A DNA stretch of 64,000 nt from Octopus sinensis (taxonomy: Eukaryota), in contig NC_043002.1 in assembly GCF_006345805.1 (NCBI RefSeq), positions 55,614,001 to 55,678,000 on the forward strand. Reading direction: 5' to 3'. Positions 48,161-60,634 of the stretch are shown one piece after another. The first letter of the stretch is position 1, and each line of letters starts with the position of its first letter. A model generated the notes under the pieces. That model searched no databases, was not told the origin of the DNA, and saw nothing but the letters and a program-made list of their open reading frames with translations. A program made the translations under genes and the position numbers.

Positions 48161-49502
48161 ACCTCATTTAAAAAAAAAAAGCCATGAACATTATAGGAGA
48201 GCTGCTACTTAAGAAAATATATCAATGGCAAAAATTATCAATAAGAAATTACTTTTAAAGTAAATTATCATTCATGACTAGAATTGAGTGCTATAGCTTA
48301 TCTGGAGGGCGTGAGTTCAGTCCCTACGTCAAAGTATTTATACTCTAGTACAAGAGGAATGAACAAATAGTATAATAATTAAGAAAATAATTAATACAGA
48401 GAAATTGATAGCAATTGCTATTTAAATCAGTTACAAACAAAATATTAACTGAAATGACTAAGCAAATTTGCATTTCGTGCATTAATTGGTGGCCTGATTA
48501 AATATTTACCAAGTTTGTTTTTTTTTTTATTCGCAAACTGCGTCTATGAGAAAATCTAACATAAACTTAATGTTCTTCCCCTACAGTTTGCGATATCTAC
48601 GCTTTGGGAAGTAAACAAATCCATGCGGATAGGAAAGCCTTTTTTTCTCTCGAGGGCTAATATGCCCCTTTATTAGACTATTCTCCTTAGTCATTGCACG
48701 GTGATCACCATAAGCTTTAAGCCTTTATAAAAATCCCATTATTATTATCTACTGGATTGTAAATCACGGCACCGTAATAAAAGACCATTCGCACCAAAAA
48801 TATAATATATATATATTAGTTACAAAGGCTGTTGTTTGCGGAGACTTATTTTTGTAGTAATAGTAATAGTAGCCCTTTGACTGCTATTTCTAATATTTTC
48901 GGTATGTGGTTTAAGCAACTTATTGCAAAAAACCCTTTATTATAATTATATAAATTTTTACCGAATATGGTCCTTTCCATACCGAAATACTACTAGGTGA
49001 AATTTATTGATTTTATTAAATTAATTATATTTCACCCTTTATCTGTATATATATATATATATATTATATATATATATATATCTATATATATATATATACA
49101 TACATATATATATTACTCACTGCAAAAATCTTAAAATTCCTAGTCATAGGTAACCATGTTTAGCGCCAAAGAATAAAATTATCAAAATATACGAAGATGG
49201 TATCGAAAATAATGCCAAAGCAAGCATAACTGGAGAGGGGGTTCTTTTGTTTTGTTTTCTTTTTGTTAACTGGCTCTAGCTACGTTGCTTCAGTCTGCAA
49301 GGCTGAAAATGAGTACCAACTAATAACTGGTACAACTGTTGCTCGCTCCAGTTGTAACATCCTCGATATTCCGCTAGGTCAATACAGAGAGGGCCGAGAG
49401 GGTGCATACGTCTGTTCGCGACTACAAAGGCACCTAGAACGATTAGGAAAGTTACCAGGTTTACTCGCTTGCGAGTGACGGTTAAGCATTTCATATATGC
49501 AA

Positions 49503-49534
<32 letters not shown>

Positions 49535-49808
49535 CACACACAAATCAGCACACGACCATACACACATACACAACAACATGCACTTACAAGAACGCACACA
49601 CAGAGACACGCACACATGCACACACACGAACACGAACACACAAACACACACACACATACATACACAAATACGCACACTACACACATAGACGAGAACATAC
49701 ACTTACAAGCACGCACATACACACACACGCATACAGAAATACGCACACTAAACACACAAAGCCGCATATACAAACATGCACCAGCATGTGTGTATGTGTG
49801 TGGAGAGA

Positions 49809-49855
<47 letters not shown>

Positions 49856-50050
49856 GGGAGAGAGAGAAGAGATGAGAAAGTGTGAGTGAATGTGAGAGAG
49901 AGGAGAATAGATATAAGTAAATAATGAGGATTAAGAGAGCTAATAATCCTCCAAGCTAAGCAGTAACAATGAGTGTCATCTCTGTAGTCTTCTTCGTGAG
50001 TTGTCCATGATTTAAACACAAGGTAGAGTTAGTTATATTTCTGCTTCACA

Positions 50051-50276
50051 ATGTAATTGGACAGAGGCGCCATCTTAGTTTTGTCTTTGCGCTATCGTCT
50101 GCCGAGGTTAATGAACGACTTAAAAGAAGAATTACGAGATAAGAAAAACAGCCAACTGGATTATTATTTACATTCGATAAGAGGAAGGAATTCCTTACTT
50201 TGTTATTTATTCTTCGTCATTTGTCTGTGCTTTTTTGAAGGTGATTTAGGGTTTATTATTTCATAAAAAGGTAAGT
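50051..50276 (+). promoter_or_regulatory. Candidate promoter/first exon: reverse CCAAT, YY1 motif, 5' splice donor
   Basis: ATTGG at 50056-50060, GGCGCCATCTT at 50066-50076, AAG|GTAAGT donor at 50271 in non-repetitive-looking sequence; motif-only evidence. Confidence 0.3.
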
Positions 50277-51127
50277 GTTGAAAATAGCTATTAATGTGGT
50301 GGTTGTAATTTTTGTAAAAATCAATGTTTTATGTCAAAATTAAGTAATGGTATATTCTTATGTGAGCAGAGAGAGGTGGAGAGAGAGAGAGAGGGAGGGA
50401 GTTATTTATATATTCATTCATGCTTTTATATGTATGTGAGTGTATGTATTAGCGTATGTATATATTCCTGTGTATGAATGTTTTAAGTATGTGTTTGAAC
50501 ATCCATGTGTTTGAATATCAATGACTTTGAATGCAGAATATCCACGAGTTTGAATGCAGAATAAATTTTGACCGGCCACCTGCTTGGAAGCAGGGTTGTA
50601 AAGGAAAGCCTCTTGTTTTGTTCATCGTCCTTTAAATCTTAAAGAAGGCCTTGTAGATCTTTATTGTTCCAGATATCATGATCATTTGTTGTGCATGAAA
50701 TAATGATTTGCGTTCTCTCTCCAAGACCCCAAGTTCAGGCAGCTTAGTATGTATATTGCTACAATAAAACTAGGTATGAAACTAAAAGTGTATGTTGGAT
50801 GCCGGATTAGCAAACCCCCCGTCAATAGTCCCTAAATGTCCTGTTTCTTTTGTATTTTTCTAACCACATTGCTGTCCAGAGGGCAGCTAATTTTCACAAA
50901 GAACACAACTTCTCTTCGTGATCATACACAAAAAATATCTGGTCGATTGTTTTAATTTCGTGGCTGTTTCAATTTTTAAGTTTCACCAATATTCTTTTGA
51001 CGCGTCGGTCTCAATATGGCCAACATCGTGTGTAGCTGTTTTCTTTATGTATGAATGAATGTATTATATATATATATATATGTATGTATATACGTATGTA
51101 TGTATTTACGTAAGTATTTATATATAT

Positions 51128-51163
<36 letters not shown>

Positions 51164-51167
51164 GTAC

Positions 51168-51324
51168 CAGGGGCGGACTGAGAGTATTAAGGGCCCTCGG
51201 GTATAACTGTTTACCAAGCCCCTATGAATATGTGTTTTAGTAGCGTTAACAAGTAGAGTGCAGGCCCCTCAGAGCTCCGGGTCCTCAGGCAGTGCCCGAC
51301 TCAGCGACGGTTCTTTCTGCCCTG
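51168..51324. mobile_element. PIF/Harbinger-like MITE
   Basis: CAGGGGCGGACTGAG start, internal GGGCCC/GGCCCC motifs, degenerate ..CTGCCCTG end. Confidence 0.4.
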
Positions 51325-51344
51325 ATATGTATGTATGTATGTAT

Positions 51345-51618
51345 GTGTTTCATTATTCAGTTTTATTTCAAGATTGCTAATAGAGAAAGAGTTGGTTTCT
51401 AACCTTGATCCAAAAGTCCTTCATTGGAATTTCAACAACATCAACAGGGTATGTATGTACGTATGTATATGTGCGGATTTGTATGCTTTATTTTTATGTA
51501 TGTATTCTCATGAATATAGTTACCTATCTAGACATGCTCGTATATATTTCAATGATAAACTTCTGAAAGTTTTACAGATCTTTACAGTTCCAGTGATGGA
51601 TTGGATCTGTAGCCTTCG

Positions 51619-51620
<2 letters not shown>
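51345..51620 (-). mobile_element. 3' end of the same REL LINE family as 25745-26625
   Basis: RRLQIQSITGTVKICKTF plus matching 3' UTR; adjoins (TATG)n 51620-51730. Confidence 0.85.
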
Positions 51621-51649
<29 letters not shown>

Positions 51650-52019
51650 TGTATGTATGTATGTATGTATGTATGTATGTACGTACGTACGTACGTATGT
51701 ATGTATGTATGTATGTATGTATGTATGTATGCATTATGTTTGGTTGAATATATGTATCTGTGCATATATGTATGTCTATGAATAAAATAATACATGAATT
51801 GATAAATGTATGTATGTGTGTATGCATGTATGAATGTATGTACGTATATATGTATGTATGTATATACATTTTAGATATGCAAGGTAGGTTGCATCTCCCA
51901 GACAAATACGAAAAGTATTTTTTACTAAATACAAAAAGTAAACAATATCCAAATTCAAAATAGTCCTGAAAGCTAACGTAAACCAAATGACTTAAATAAT
52001 GATAGGAATGTGTGTGTGT

Positions 52020-52095
<76 letters not shown>

Positions 52096-52130
52096 ATGTG
52101 TGTGTGTATAGTAATATATATATATGTGTT

Positions 52131-54720
52131 TTTTTTTTCTAGTTTCAGCTCACGAGCTGTGGCCATGCTGGGGCACCGCCATTTGGTGTTGCTACATGAT
52201 TTTACTTCACGAATGCTTTTTAGCAACTGCCATTTGGTGCATGAGAGAGTTCGATGCAACTGCCCTCATCTGCACCTCCTGCCGTGAAGTCCTACTTTAA
52301 AGACATCTGCATCCACCCCATGCAGGTCCCTCAGGTTCTTCGGGAGGATATTGAAGAGCTGTGGGCCTCTGAAGCCCAGGCTATCACAGTATCTTGTCCT
52401 ACATCTTGATGGCAAATTCGGAGTCCTTGGCACCACGCAGTGGCGCCCAGTTCTAGCATTTGTGTAACTCTCGATGCCAAAGTTTGGACAAGTCCTTCTA
52501 GGATCTTCCAGATGTATATTATGGCATATCTTTCTCGCCTACGCTCTAAGGAATAGAATTTAATCTCTTGAGTCTTTCCCAGTAGTTATTGCTGCACAGA
52601 GGCTATCTTCTTCGTGTAGCTTCGTTGGATCGCCTCAAGTTCTGTGATCAACTTGACACTGGATGGTGACCATAGCTGAGAGCAATAGTCAAAGTGGCTT
52701 AGGACAAGTGTCCTCCAGAGGACCATCATGGTTTCTTGTTCTCTTGTTCTAAAGGTTCCAAGAATCCATCCGGCCAGCCGCCTACATTTCATTGCCAATT
52801 TAGCAACATGTACATGAAAGGTTGCGTCATCACTCATGTAAATACCCAGGTCACGCACTGATTGTGCCTCTGGGATTGCAATCCCTCCAGGTCCAGTGTA
52901 TTCATTGGGTATTGCATTTAGTTTTGCATGCTGATAGCATAAAGCTTGAACTTTTTCAGCATTGAACTGCATGCTATTCTTTTCAGTCCACTTGTATATT
53001 TTGTCCAGCTCACATTGCAGGTGCTTAGTGTCTTCAGGATTCTGTATTGCCTGTGAAATCATCTGCATAACTTGTGATCGTGGCTCTCTGCGTGGCTGAG
53101 GACATGTCTGAGAGGGCCATTATGAACAGTAGTGGTCCCAAAACAGTGCCCTGCGGAACACCGCTCACTATTTGCGTGTTAATGGAAATGGCCCCATTGG
53201 CTACTACCACCTGATTTCTATCCTTCAGAAAGTCATGAAGCCATTCTCCCAATTTTCCAACTATGCCAAGATCACGCAGTTTGTGACATATCATTCCATG
53301 ATCGACTTTATCAAAGGCCTTTGTAAAGTCGAGATATATGACCTCCACATTTGAGTGGTTGAGCAGTCGTTTCAGCACCCAGTCATAGTGTTGTAGGAGC
53401 TGAGTTAAGCAGCTTCTTCCTGGTCGGAAACCATGTTGGGTGTCAGGCAGCAAGTCATTTTCTTCAAGGAAGGTGATTAGTTTCCTTCTGACTATTCGTT
53501 CCATGACCTTGCTGATGTGTGAGGTCAGAGAGATAAGTCTGTAGTTCTTGGCCTCCGCTCTGCTACCTCCTTTATGAATAGGGCATATTTTACCTTCCTT
53601 CAGTTTTTTTGGAAGTTTGCCAGTTGCAAGGAAGCTCTGAAAGAGGAACTGCAGTGGTCTTGCTAGGACTCTCTTACATACTTTTAGAAGGATTGCTGGG
53701 GATCCATCTGGGCCAGTAGCTGAGTTTGTTTTCATTTCATCTATAGCCTTTATTACATCGTCTTCTTTTATGTTGATGTAATCAATCATCGCTGCCTCTG
53801 ATTTTATACCTGCAGTGGTAAAGAAGTCAGTTGGATTGCTGACTTGGAAATGCCCAAGGGGTGGAGTGAAAACACTCTTGAATTGCTCATTCAGTATTTC
53901 ACTTACCCTCATTGGATTTCCTGTGAGTGTTCCATCCTTTTCAAGGAGTAGCCCTATCCTACAGTGCACCGTAGCTGTTTCTTTGGCATACCTGTAGAAA
54001 GCTCTGGGGTTAGATTTTATGTTGTCTATAGCCCAGGCTTCTTTGTCTGCTCTTTCCTTTTCATGGGAGAGTTGCAGACATTTTTCAATTTCCAACAGTT
54101 TTATTTTCAGGCGGGACTTTTCACTGCTTTCAATTTGTTTGTTTAGGCGATTTGAAACTTTTGTACGCCGTCTCATTAGAATTTTCGTCTCTCTGGGGAT
54201 TTTGTTCTTGTGTGCAGTGGCCTTTCTCTCTGGGACACATTTGTAGCATATGGCTTGCATTACAGACATGAATTGTTGAAGTTTCATGTCGATGTCTGGC
54301 GACGAGAGACATTCAGGCCAGTTTTGTTTGAGGATCTCTTTCTCAATTTGTTTCCAGTTTACCTTATGAAGTTCAAGCTGGAAAGATTCTGAGAGTTTCT
54401 TGTAGGCTGCATGTCCATGCTTTCCTTTGGCCCATACATGGTCAGCTCTACCATGTTGTGATCCGAGAGTAGTGTCGGTGTCACTTTCACATTATGGATG
54501 AGATTCATATTATTTGTGAAGCAGAGATCCAGTATGTTACCTGCCCAGGTTAGTTGGAGTATTACTTGCTCCATGTACAGGGTGTTGATGAGGTTCAGGA
54601 GGGACCTCGCCTGTCCTCGTTCACATCGTGTCATTCCTGGGAGAGAAAGGCCCTCGGGCCATCTGACATTGGGTAGATTGAAGTCTCCCATAAGAAGTAC
54701 ACTTATGTGTTGTTCTAATG
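52131..54720 (-). mobile_element. CR1-clade LINE, 5'-truncated ORF2 pseudogene (APE C-terminus, RT, C-terminal domain, 3' stem-loop, A-tail)
   Basis: MGDFNLP..DLCFTN..SDH; 417-aa frame with GPDG, NYRLISLTS, QHGFRPGRSCLTQL, YLDFTKAFDKV, GVPQGTVLGPLLF, YADD; frameshift after YADD; YSLERRRER. Confidence 0.93.
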
Positions 54721-54864
54721 TGATTAGAACTTCTATTTTTATAAGGCAGTGTATGTATATATTTATATATATACATATATATATATATAAATATATATGT
54801 ATATATATACATATATACATATGTATGTATATATGTGTGTGTGTGTGTGTTGTGTGTGTGTTGT

Positions 54865-55175
54865 ATCACGTGATCACGTGACCGACCAGTCCATCAGATG
54901 TTGTTACGCATCGCTGGTCACAATGCGTTCGCATTGTTTTAGCCTTCGATAAACGCCACCCCGCTGGCTAAGCGAGCAGGCAAACAGAAGAAAGAGTGAG
55001 AGAAAGAGTGGTGAAGGAGTACAGCAAGGATCACCACCCCCTGCCGGAGCCTCGTGGAGCTTTTTTAGGTGTTTTCGCTCAATAAACACTCACAACGCCC
55101 GGTCTGGGAATCGAAACCGCGATCCTACGACCGCGAGTCCGCTGCCCTAACCACTAGGCCATTGCGCCTCCACAT
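54865..55175 (-). mobile_element. tRNA-derived SINE family C, full copy
   Basis: Head GGCGCAATGGCCTAGTGGTTAGGGCAGCGGACTCGCGGTCGTAGGATCGCGGTTTCGATTCCCAG with A and B boxes; ends in (ATCACGTG)n. Confidence 0.8.
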
Positions 55176-55218
55176 ATATATATATGTGTGCATATATATG
55201 TGTGTATATATATATATA

Positions 55219-55263
<45 letters not shown>

Positions 55264-55301
55264 AATAATAAGTCGAACCAAAACAGAGATATTTTGAAAT
55301 C

Positions 55302-55377
55302 CTTTAATATATGTTTCAGATTTGCGTGATATATAATAGGAACATGCGGACATCACTTAAACTCTCCTCAGTTATAG
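55302..55377 (-). ncRNA. Degenerate type-I hammerhead (CTGAGGA core, long stem II)
   Basis: CTATAA-CTGAGGA-GAGTTT..GTGAT..ATCAC..AAATCT-GAAA-CATA-TA-TTAAAG. Confidence 0.45.
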
Positions 55378-55458
55378 TATTTCAAAAATACGGAGCATGA
55401 TTGATCGATATCCACTAAACCTTATTTTATTTTCTTTTCGTGTTTTATATCTGTGTTC

Positions 55459-55494
55459 CTTTCTGTTGAAGAGCGTAGGCTCGAAAAGTAAAAG
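55459..55494 (+). ncRNA. Hammerhead-like motif with CTGTTGA core
   Basis: CTTT-CTGTTGA-A-GAGC(GTAG)GCTC-GAAA-AG-TA-AAAG. Confidence 0.45.
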
Positions 55495-55561
55495 ACTGTT
55501 TCACTTCCCGAGCGTTAAGCTAATACAGCCGTCTTTTGTTTTGTTTTTTTTTTGTAAATTC

Positions 55562-55634
<73 letters not shown>

Positions 55635-55764
55635 TATATACACACTGGGTATTCTGTCAACAGAGGCAAAGTGGGTATGTATGAAAGTTCTGGACAGGGA
55701 ATTCACGAATTATAATGGAGTAAAACAAGAGATAGAAGAATACAGACGGGAGACATACTCACCT

Positions 55765-55835
55765 TGTCTCTGATGACAGGATACCTAGAGATGCTAATTT
55801 ATCACTTAGGATATCCCAGAAACAGCTGTAAGACA
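55765..55835 (+). ncRNA. Type-I hammerhead, canonical core, extended stem II
   Basis: TGTCT-CTGATGA-CA-GGATACCTA..TTAGGATATCC-CA-GAAA-CAGCTG-TA-AGACA; palindromic ACAGCTGT; predicted GUA cleavage after 55830. Confidence 0.72.
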
Positions 55836-55938
55836 TCCAATAATTAATTAGTTAATTACCTCAAATTCACCTAACTGTAATTAGATATTCTAAATGACTT
55901 GAAATACTCGTCTTGCCTGGGTTTTGTTTCCTTTTGCC

Positions 55939-55990
<52 letters not shown>

Positions 55991-56456
55991 GGAGAGAGAG
56001 AGAGAAAACCACCTTCAAGCAACTCAATCAACATTGAACGACATTATCTATGATAGTGATATATAAGATTAAATTTTATTAAAATTAATATCTGCAATTC
56101 TTATTCTGAATCCTATATTAAATTATATAGACTACGCGCGTTTCATGACAATATATCTATCGGTATTGCTGAAATAGGTCTCGAAATTCAATGCCATATC
56201 AATCCGACTATACTGCCAATCTTCAGGTCCGGATTATATAAAACTATTTTACAATTTACATCCAGTATAAAGACATGACAATCAAAATTATACAACTAGA
56301 AATCGTAGAAATAATTTTTCATTACTAAATAAGGAACAAAAATGTTTCTAGTTGTATATATGTATATAATAGAGCGAGTAATTCATTTCATTAGCACTAA
56401 ATTGAATTTTTCTCCCTGTGGACTCGAAATAACTTCCCTAATTTTTATAATATATA

Positions 56457-56530
<74 letters not shown>

Positions 56531-56633
56531 TTACAGGGTGATTCAAAAGTCGCCATGCACAAGATATATATATATATTATATATATATATATATATATTC
56601 TTTTATTCTATTCCTGTTTATTTTTTCGTATTC

Positions 56634-56669
56634 CTTTCTGCTGAAGAGCGTAGGCTCGAAACGTAAAGG
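56634..56669 (+). ncRNA. Hammerhead-like motif with CTGCTGA core
   Basis: CTTT-CTGCTGA-A-GAGC(GTAG)GCTC-GAAA-CG-TA-AAGG. Confidence 0.48.
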
Positions 56670-56839
56670 ACTTTCTCACTCTCCCGAGCGTCAAACTAAT
56701 ACTCCTGCTTGTTGTTTATACACCTGTCTTGGTCTTTTGTTTTTCTGTAAATTTCAACAAGATATATATATATATATATATATATATAGTTGAAAAAATA
56801 TTAGACATCTATACAAATCAAATATTTATATATAAAAGA

Positions 56840-57300
56840 TGGAGGTGGAAATAACAGCACAGTAGTAAATCTAAGACATTTCCATTTAAGAATTTAATAA
56901 AAATGATTTTTTTAAATATATAAAGAAAATATTAACTGTTTCGATGAAGAATCTCATCTTATCAAATATCCGTAAAAAATTATAAAACTTTCAAGTAAAA
57001 ACAGTCTGGAGGTCAATAACGTCTGGAAATTGTTCATTGAAGTCTTCTGTAAATATAGTTTGCTATTGAGTTCAGACTTCGAAAAATCTCCAGAAAAGTC
57101 TCCAGGCAGTTTTTGACTCCCAGGAAGAAGATAAACTGTTTTCACTTCAGATTTTTATGAACTTTTACTGATATCTGATAAGCTGAGATTCATCATTGAA
57201 CCGGTAATATTTTCTTTATATAATATTTTAAATCATTTTTATCAAATTCCTTCTTAAATTGAAATATCTTAGATTTACTTCTGTGCTATTTCCACCTCCA
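56840..57300. mobile_element. Inverted pseudo-LTR pair (56840-56970 and 57170-57300) each carrying an HHR motif
   Basis: GGAGGTGGAAATAACAGCACAG..AAATCTAAG mirrored by CTTAGATTTACTTCTGTGCTATTTCCACCTCC; minus GATAT-TTGATAA-GATGA(GATTCT)TCATC-GAAA-CAGT-TA-ATATT and a degenerate plus copy at 57170-57211. Confidence 0.72.
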
Positions 57301-57558
57301 ACTTGTCGTGAATTGCTCGAAATGTGAAGTAGATTAACAGCTGACAGGGTCATTTTTTTTGTTACTTGACTTGTTTTCCATTCATTTCTCTCGTTGTTCA
57401 GATACCCAAGTTCGCCTTTGTATTTCATGCTGTTTTCGTATTTCGTAATCCATGTCGTTTTTGTATTTCATGTTGTATACGTTTCGTGACGTCCTGTACC
57501 CATATATGCATATGTATTATGCATAAAATTCATGTGCATGAAAAGAATGCGCACGCAT

Positions 57559-57644
<86 letters not shown>

Positions 57645-57982
57645 ATACTCGAATAAACAGGTATTAACATGAAGAGCGCACGAAATCAGACACACACTTG
57701 TATAAGCATAAAGATGAAATACATCACTTTTTCGGTTTGTTATGATGCTGACTACTTCCTGTAATCTGGCTAATTTTTTCCGTATATCCACTTATCTATT
57801 TTATTATATGTACGTACACACACACACATACAGACACAGATATATACATGCAGACACAGATACACACACTAACACGCGCGCGCGCGTTTTTTGGAGCGCT
57901 AGATGTGTGTTGCTATATCACCAAGAGCTATCCTGCATCCGTTTTAATCCGGGTCTACCATTTCTCTGTTTTTCTCGGTCTC

Positions 57983-58024
<42 letters not shown>

Positions 58025-58047
58025 TTGCCTCTCTTTCTTTCTCCTCG

Positions 58048-58084
<37 letters not shown>

Positions 58085-58545
58085 CATGTGTGTGTGTGTG
58101 GTGTGTGTGTATTTACGTATGAATGTACATAGTATTGAGGTTTAGTCCGCAGGTGATCATAAACGCTTAGTTACGCTAGGTTAAGTGCTGTAACGGATTA
58201 CTGGGGCTCCAAGGTTATAGCCGAGACGGTAGTTATGGAGCCATTGCAGATTTCCGACGCAGCGGATCTAAAATTGTTAAACAGGACGTCAAACATTAAT
58301 GCAAGGCAAACATCTCAAGTCATAATATACAATATTATTATAGGAAGAAATTCAAAATGTCTTCCTATAATAATATTGTATATGACTTGAGATGTTTGCC
58401 TTGCCTTAATGTTTGACGTCCTGTTTAACAATTATATGTGTGTGGTGGGGTTCAATCTTTTTATCTTCATATTTATATGTATTACTCACAAGTATATATA
58501 TGTGTGAGTGTGCGTATGTGTGTGTGTGTGATGTGTATATCCGTA

Positions 58546-60509
58546 CGAGGTGGTATCAAAAAGCTCCCGGACAAGTTCTGTAGCGAGCCAACAAATGGCA
58601 GCACACCGTTGCGTGCGCAGTGAGATCTAGCAGTGAACATCCTGAAGCAGTATGCCGAGTGACATCGCTGTGTTACTTAAGTCGTAAGTTGTAAAATTTG
58701 TCTTTTCGTGATCACATGTATGCTGTAATCTGCGATTTTGTTATGGACAGCAAGTTGAAACAAAGAGCGGATGTGAAGTTTACCGTTAAACTTGGAAAGA
58801 CTGCTATAGAGACATTGATTATGCTTCGGCAAGCTTAAGGCGATAAAGCCATAGGTTTTACACAATATTTCGCAATATTTCAGGCGGCGAGCTGGCAGGA
58901 TCGTTAGCACGCTGAGCGAAGTGCTTAGTGGTATTTCATCTGCCGCTACGTTCTGAGTTGAAATTCCGCCGAGGTCGACTTTACCTTTCATCCTTTCGGA
59001 GTTGATTACATAAATACCAGTTGCGACTGGCCCCTTCCCCCAAAATTTCGGGCTTTGTGCCTTGAGTAGAAAAGAATATTTCGCAATATTTCGGGCTGCG
59101 AGCAGGCAGAATCGCTAGCACGCCGGGCAAAGTGCTTAGCGGTATTTTGTCTGCCGTTACGTTCTGGTCGACTTTGCCTTTCATCCTTTCGGGGTCGATA
59201 AATTAAGTACCAGTTACGCACTGGGGTCGATGTAATCGACTTAATCCGTTTGTCTGTCCTTGTTTGTCCCCTCAGTGTTTAACCCCTTGTTGGTAATAAA
59301 GAAAAGGGTATTTTGTCTGCTATTATATTCTGAGTTCAAATTCTGCCGATGTCAACTTTACCTTTCATCCTTTCGGGGTTGACTTTACCTTTCATCCTTT
59401 CGAGATTGATTAAATAAGTACCAGTTACGCACTGAGGTCGATGTAATCAACTTAATCCCTTTGTCTGTCCTTGTTTATCCCCTCTATGTTTAACCCCTTG
59501 TGGGCAATAAAGAAATAAATATTTCGAGTGGCACAGGCGCTTCAAAAGCAGAAGAACAATCCTGGAAGACCTGCCACGAGTATCACAGCCGGAAATGTGG
59601 AGAAATTCCATCAATTTGTGAATGAGAATTGTTGGAGGACAATCTACGACATTGCTGATGTTGTTGGTCTGTTGTATGAGTTCTTGCAGGCAATCCGAAC
59701 TTCTGAATTGAACATGTGGCGTGTCACTGCCAAGTTTGTTCCCCGTTTCCTGATCACTGAGCAGAAAGAACATCGCGTCAAAGTCTGTCAAGATCTACTT
59801 CAGTGTGCCGCTGGTGACCCATCCTTCATGTTGTGTATCATTACCGGTGATGAGAATTGGGTCTATAGGTACGACCCTGGGACGAAGCAGCAGTCATCAC
59901 AATGGAAGAGGGCTTCATCTCCACAACCGAAGAAGGCATGACAGAGCCTCAGCTCACTCAAGAGAATGCTCATCGTTTTTTTTTTTTGTTTTTTTTTATA
60001 TTTTTCGACCTCCGCGGTATTGTGCATCGAGAATTCACCCCCCGAGTCAGACCGTCAATCGAGAGTTCCATTTCGATGATTTAAAGCGTTTGAGAGGGGG
60101 ACATTCTGCGAAAACGACCAGATCTGTGGAGCGCGAAGAATTGGATTCTTTATAACGACGATGCACCTTGTCAACCGAGCTTTTCTCACTCATGAGTTTC
60201 TTGCCCAAAGCACCATGCACCCGCATTATTTGCCAAATTTAGCACCTGCGAACTTTCATCTCTTCCCCAACATGGAAATGCAGCTCAAAGGTCACCGTTT
60301 TAATACCGTTATTGAAATCCAGAGCGAATCGCAGAAGGTCCTCGACTCGCTTACAGAAAGACGACTTCCAGACCGGATTCCAAAAGTGGCATAAATGCGG
60401 GGACCAATGTAGTGCTGGGCAAGGGGACTATTTCGAAGATGAGGTTAAGTAAATAAGTTATATTTTTTATTAAACAGAACTAGTCACGGAACTTTTTAAT
60501 ACCACTTCA
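58546..60509 (+). mobile_element. Full-length mariner (DD34D-type) transposon, transposase pseudogene interrupted by SINEs
   Basis: TA|CGAGGTGGTATCAAAAAGCTCCCGGAC .. GTCACGGAACTTTTTAATACCACTTCA|TA; KQRADVKF..QYFEWHRRFK..TAKFVPRFL..IITGDENWVYRYDPGTKQQSSQW..HY.PNLAPANFHLFP. Confidence 0.92.
58882..59517 (+). mobile_element. Cluster of SINE family A insertions inside the mariner ORF
   Basis: Copy 58882-59074 flanked by AATATTTCGCAATATTTC at 58864-58881 and 59075-59092; multimer 59094-59517 followed by AATATTTCG. Confidence 0.85.
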
Positions 60510-60634
60510 TATGTATGTACACACACACACACGCACACACACACACCACACACACACATACACACACACACACACACATACACACACTCACACACACACG
60601 CATGCATGCATGCTTGCATATATGTATGTATTCG

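Noticed and set aside
50985-51045. HHR-like GACGCGTC palindrome on the minus strand
   Set aside because: Both core halves are too degenerate to support a call
53034-54287. Active CR1 element
   Set aside because: Frameshift directly after YADD, 5' truncation within the endonuclease and further disruptions
55110-55175. Functional tRNA genes at SINE heads
   Set aside because: Heads run into SINE bodies, lack a closed acceptor stem and terminator, and vary between copies
59528-59941. Domesticated SETMAR-like transposase gene
   Set aside because: TIRs and TA TSD intact but the ORF has stops, frameshifts and SINE insertions; no fused exon
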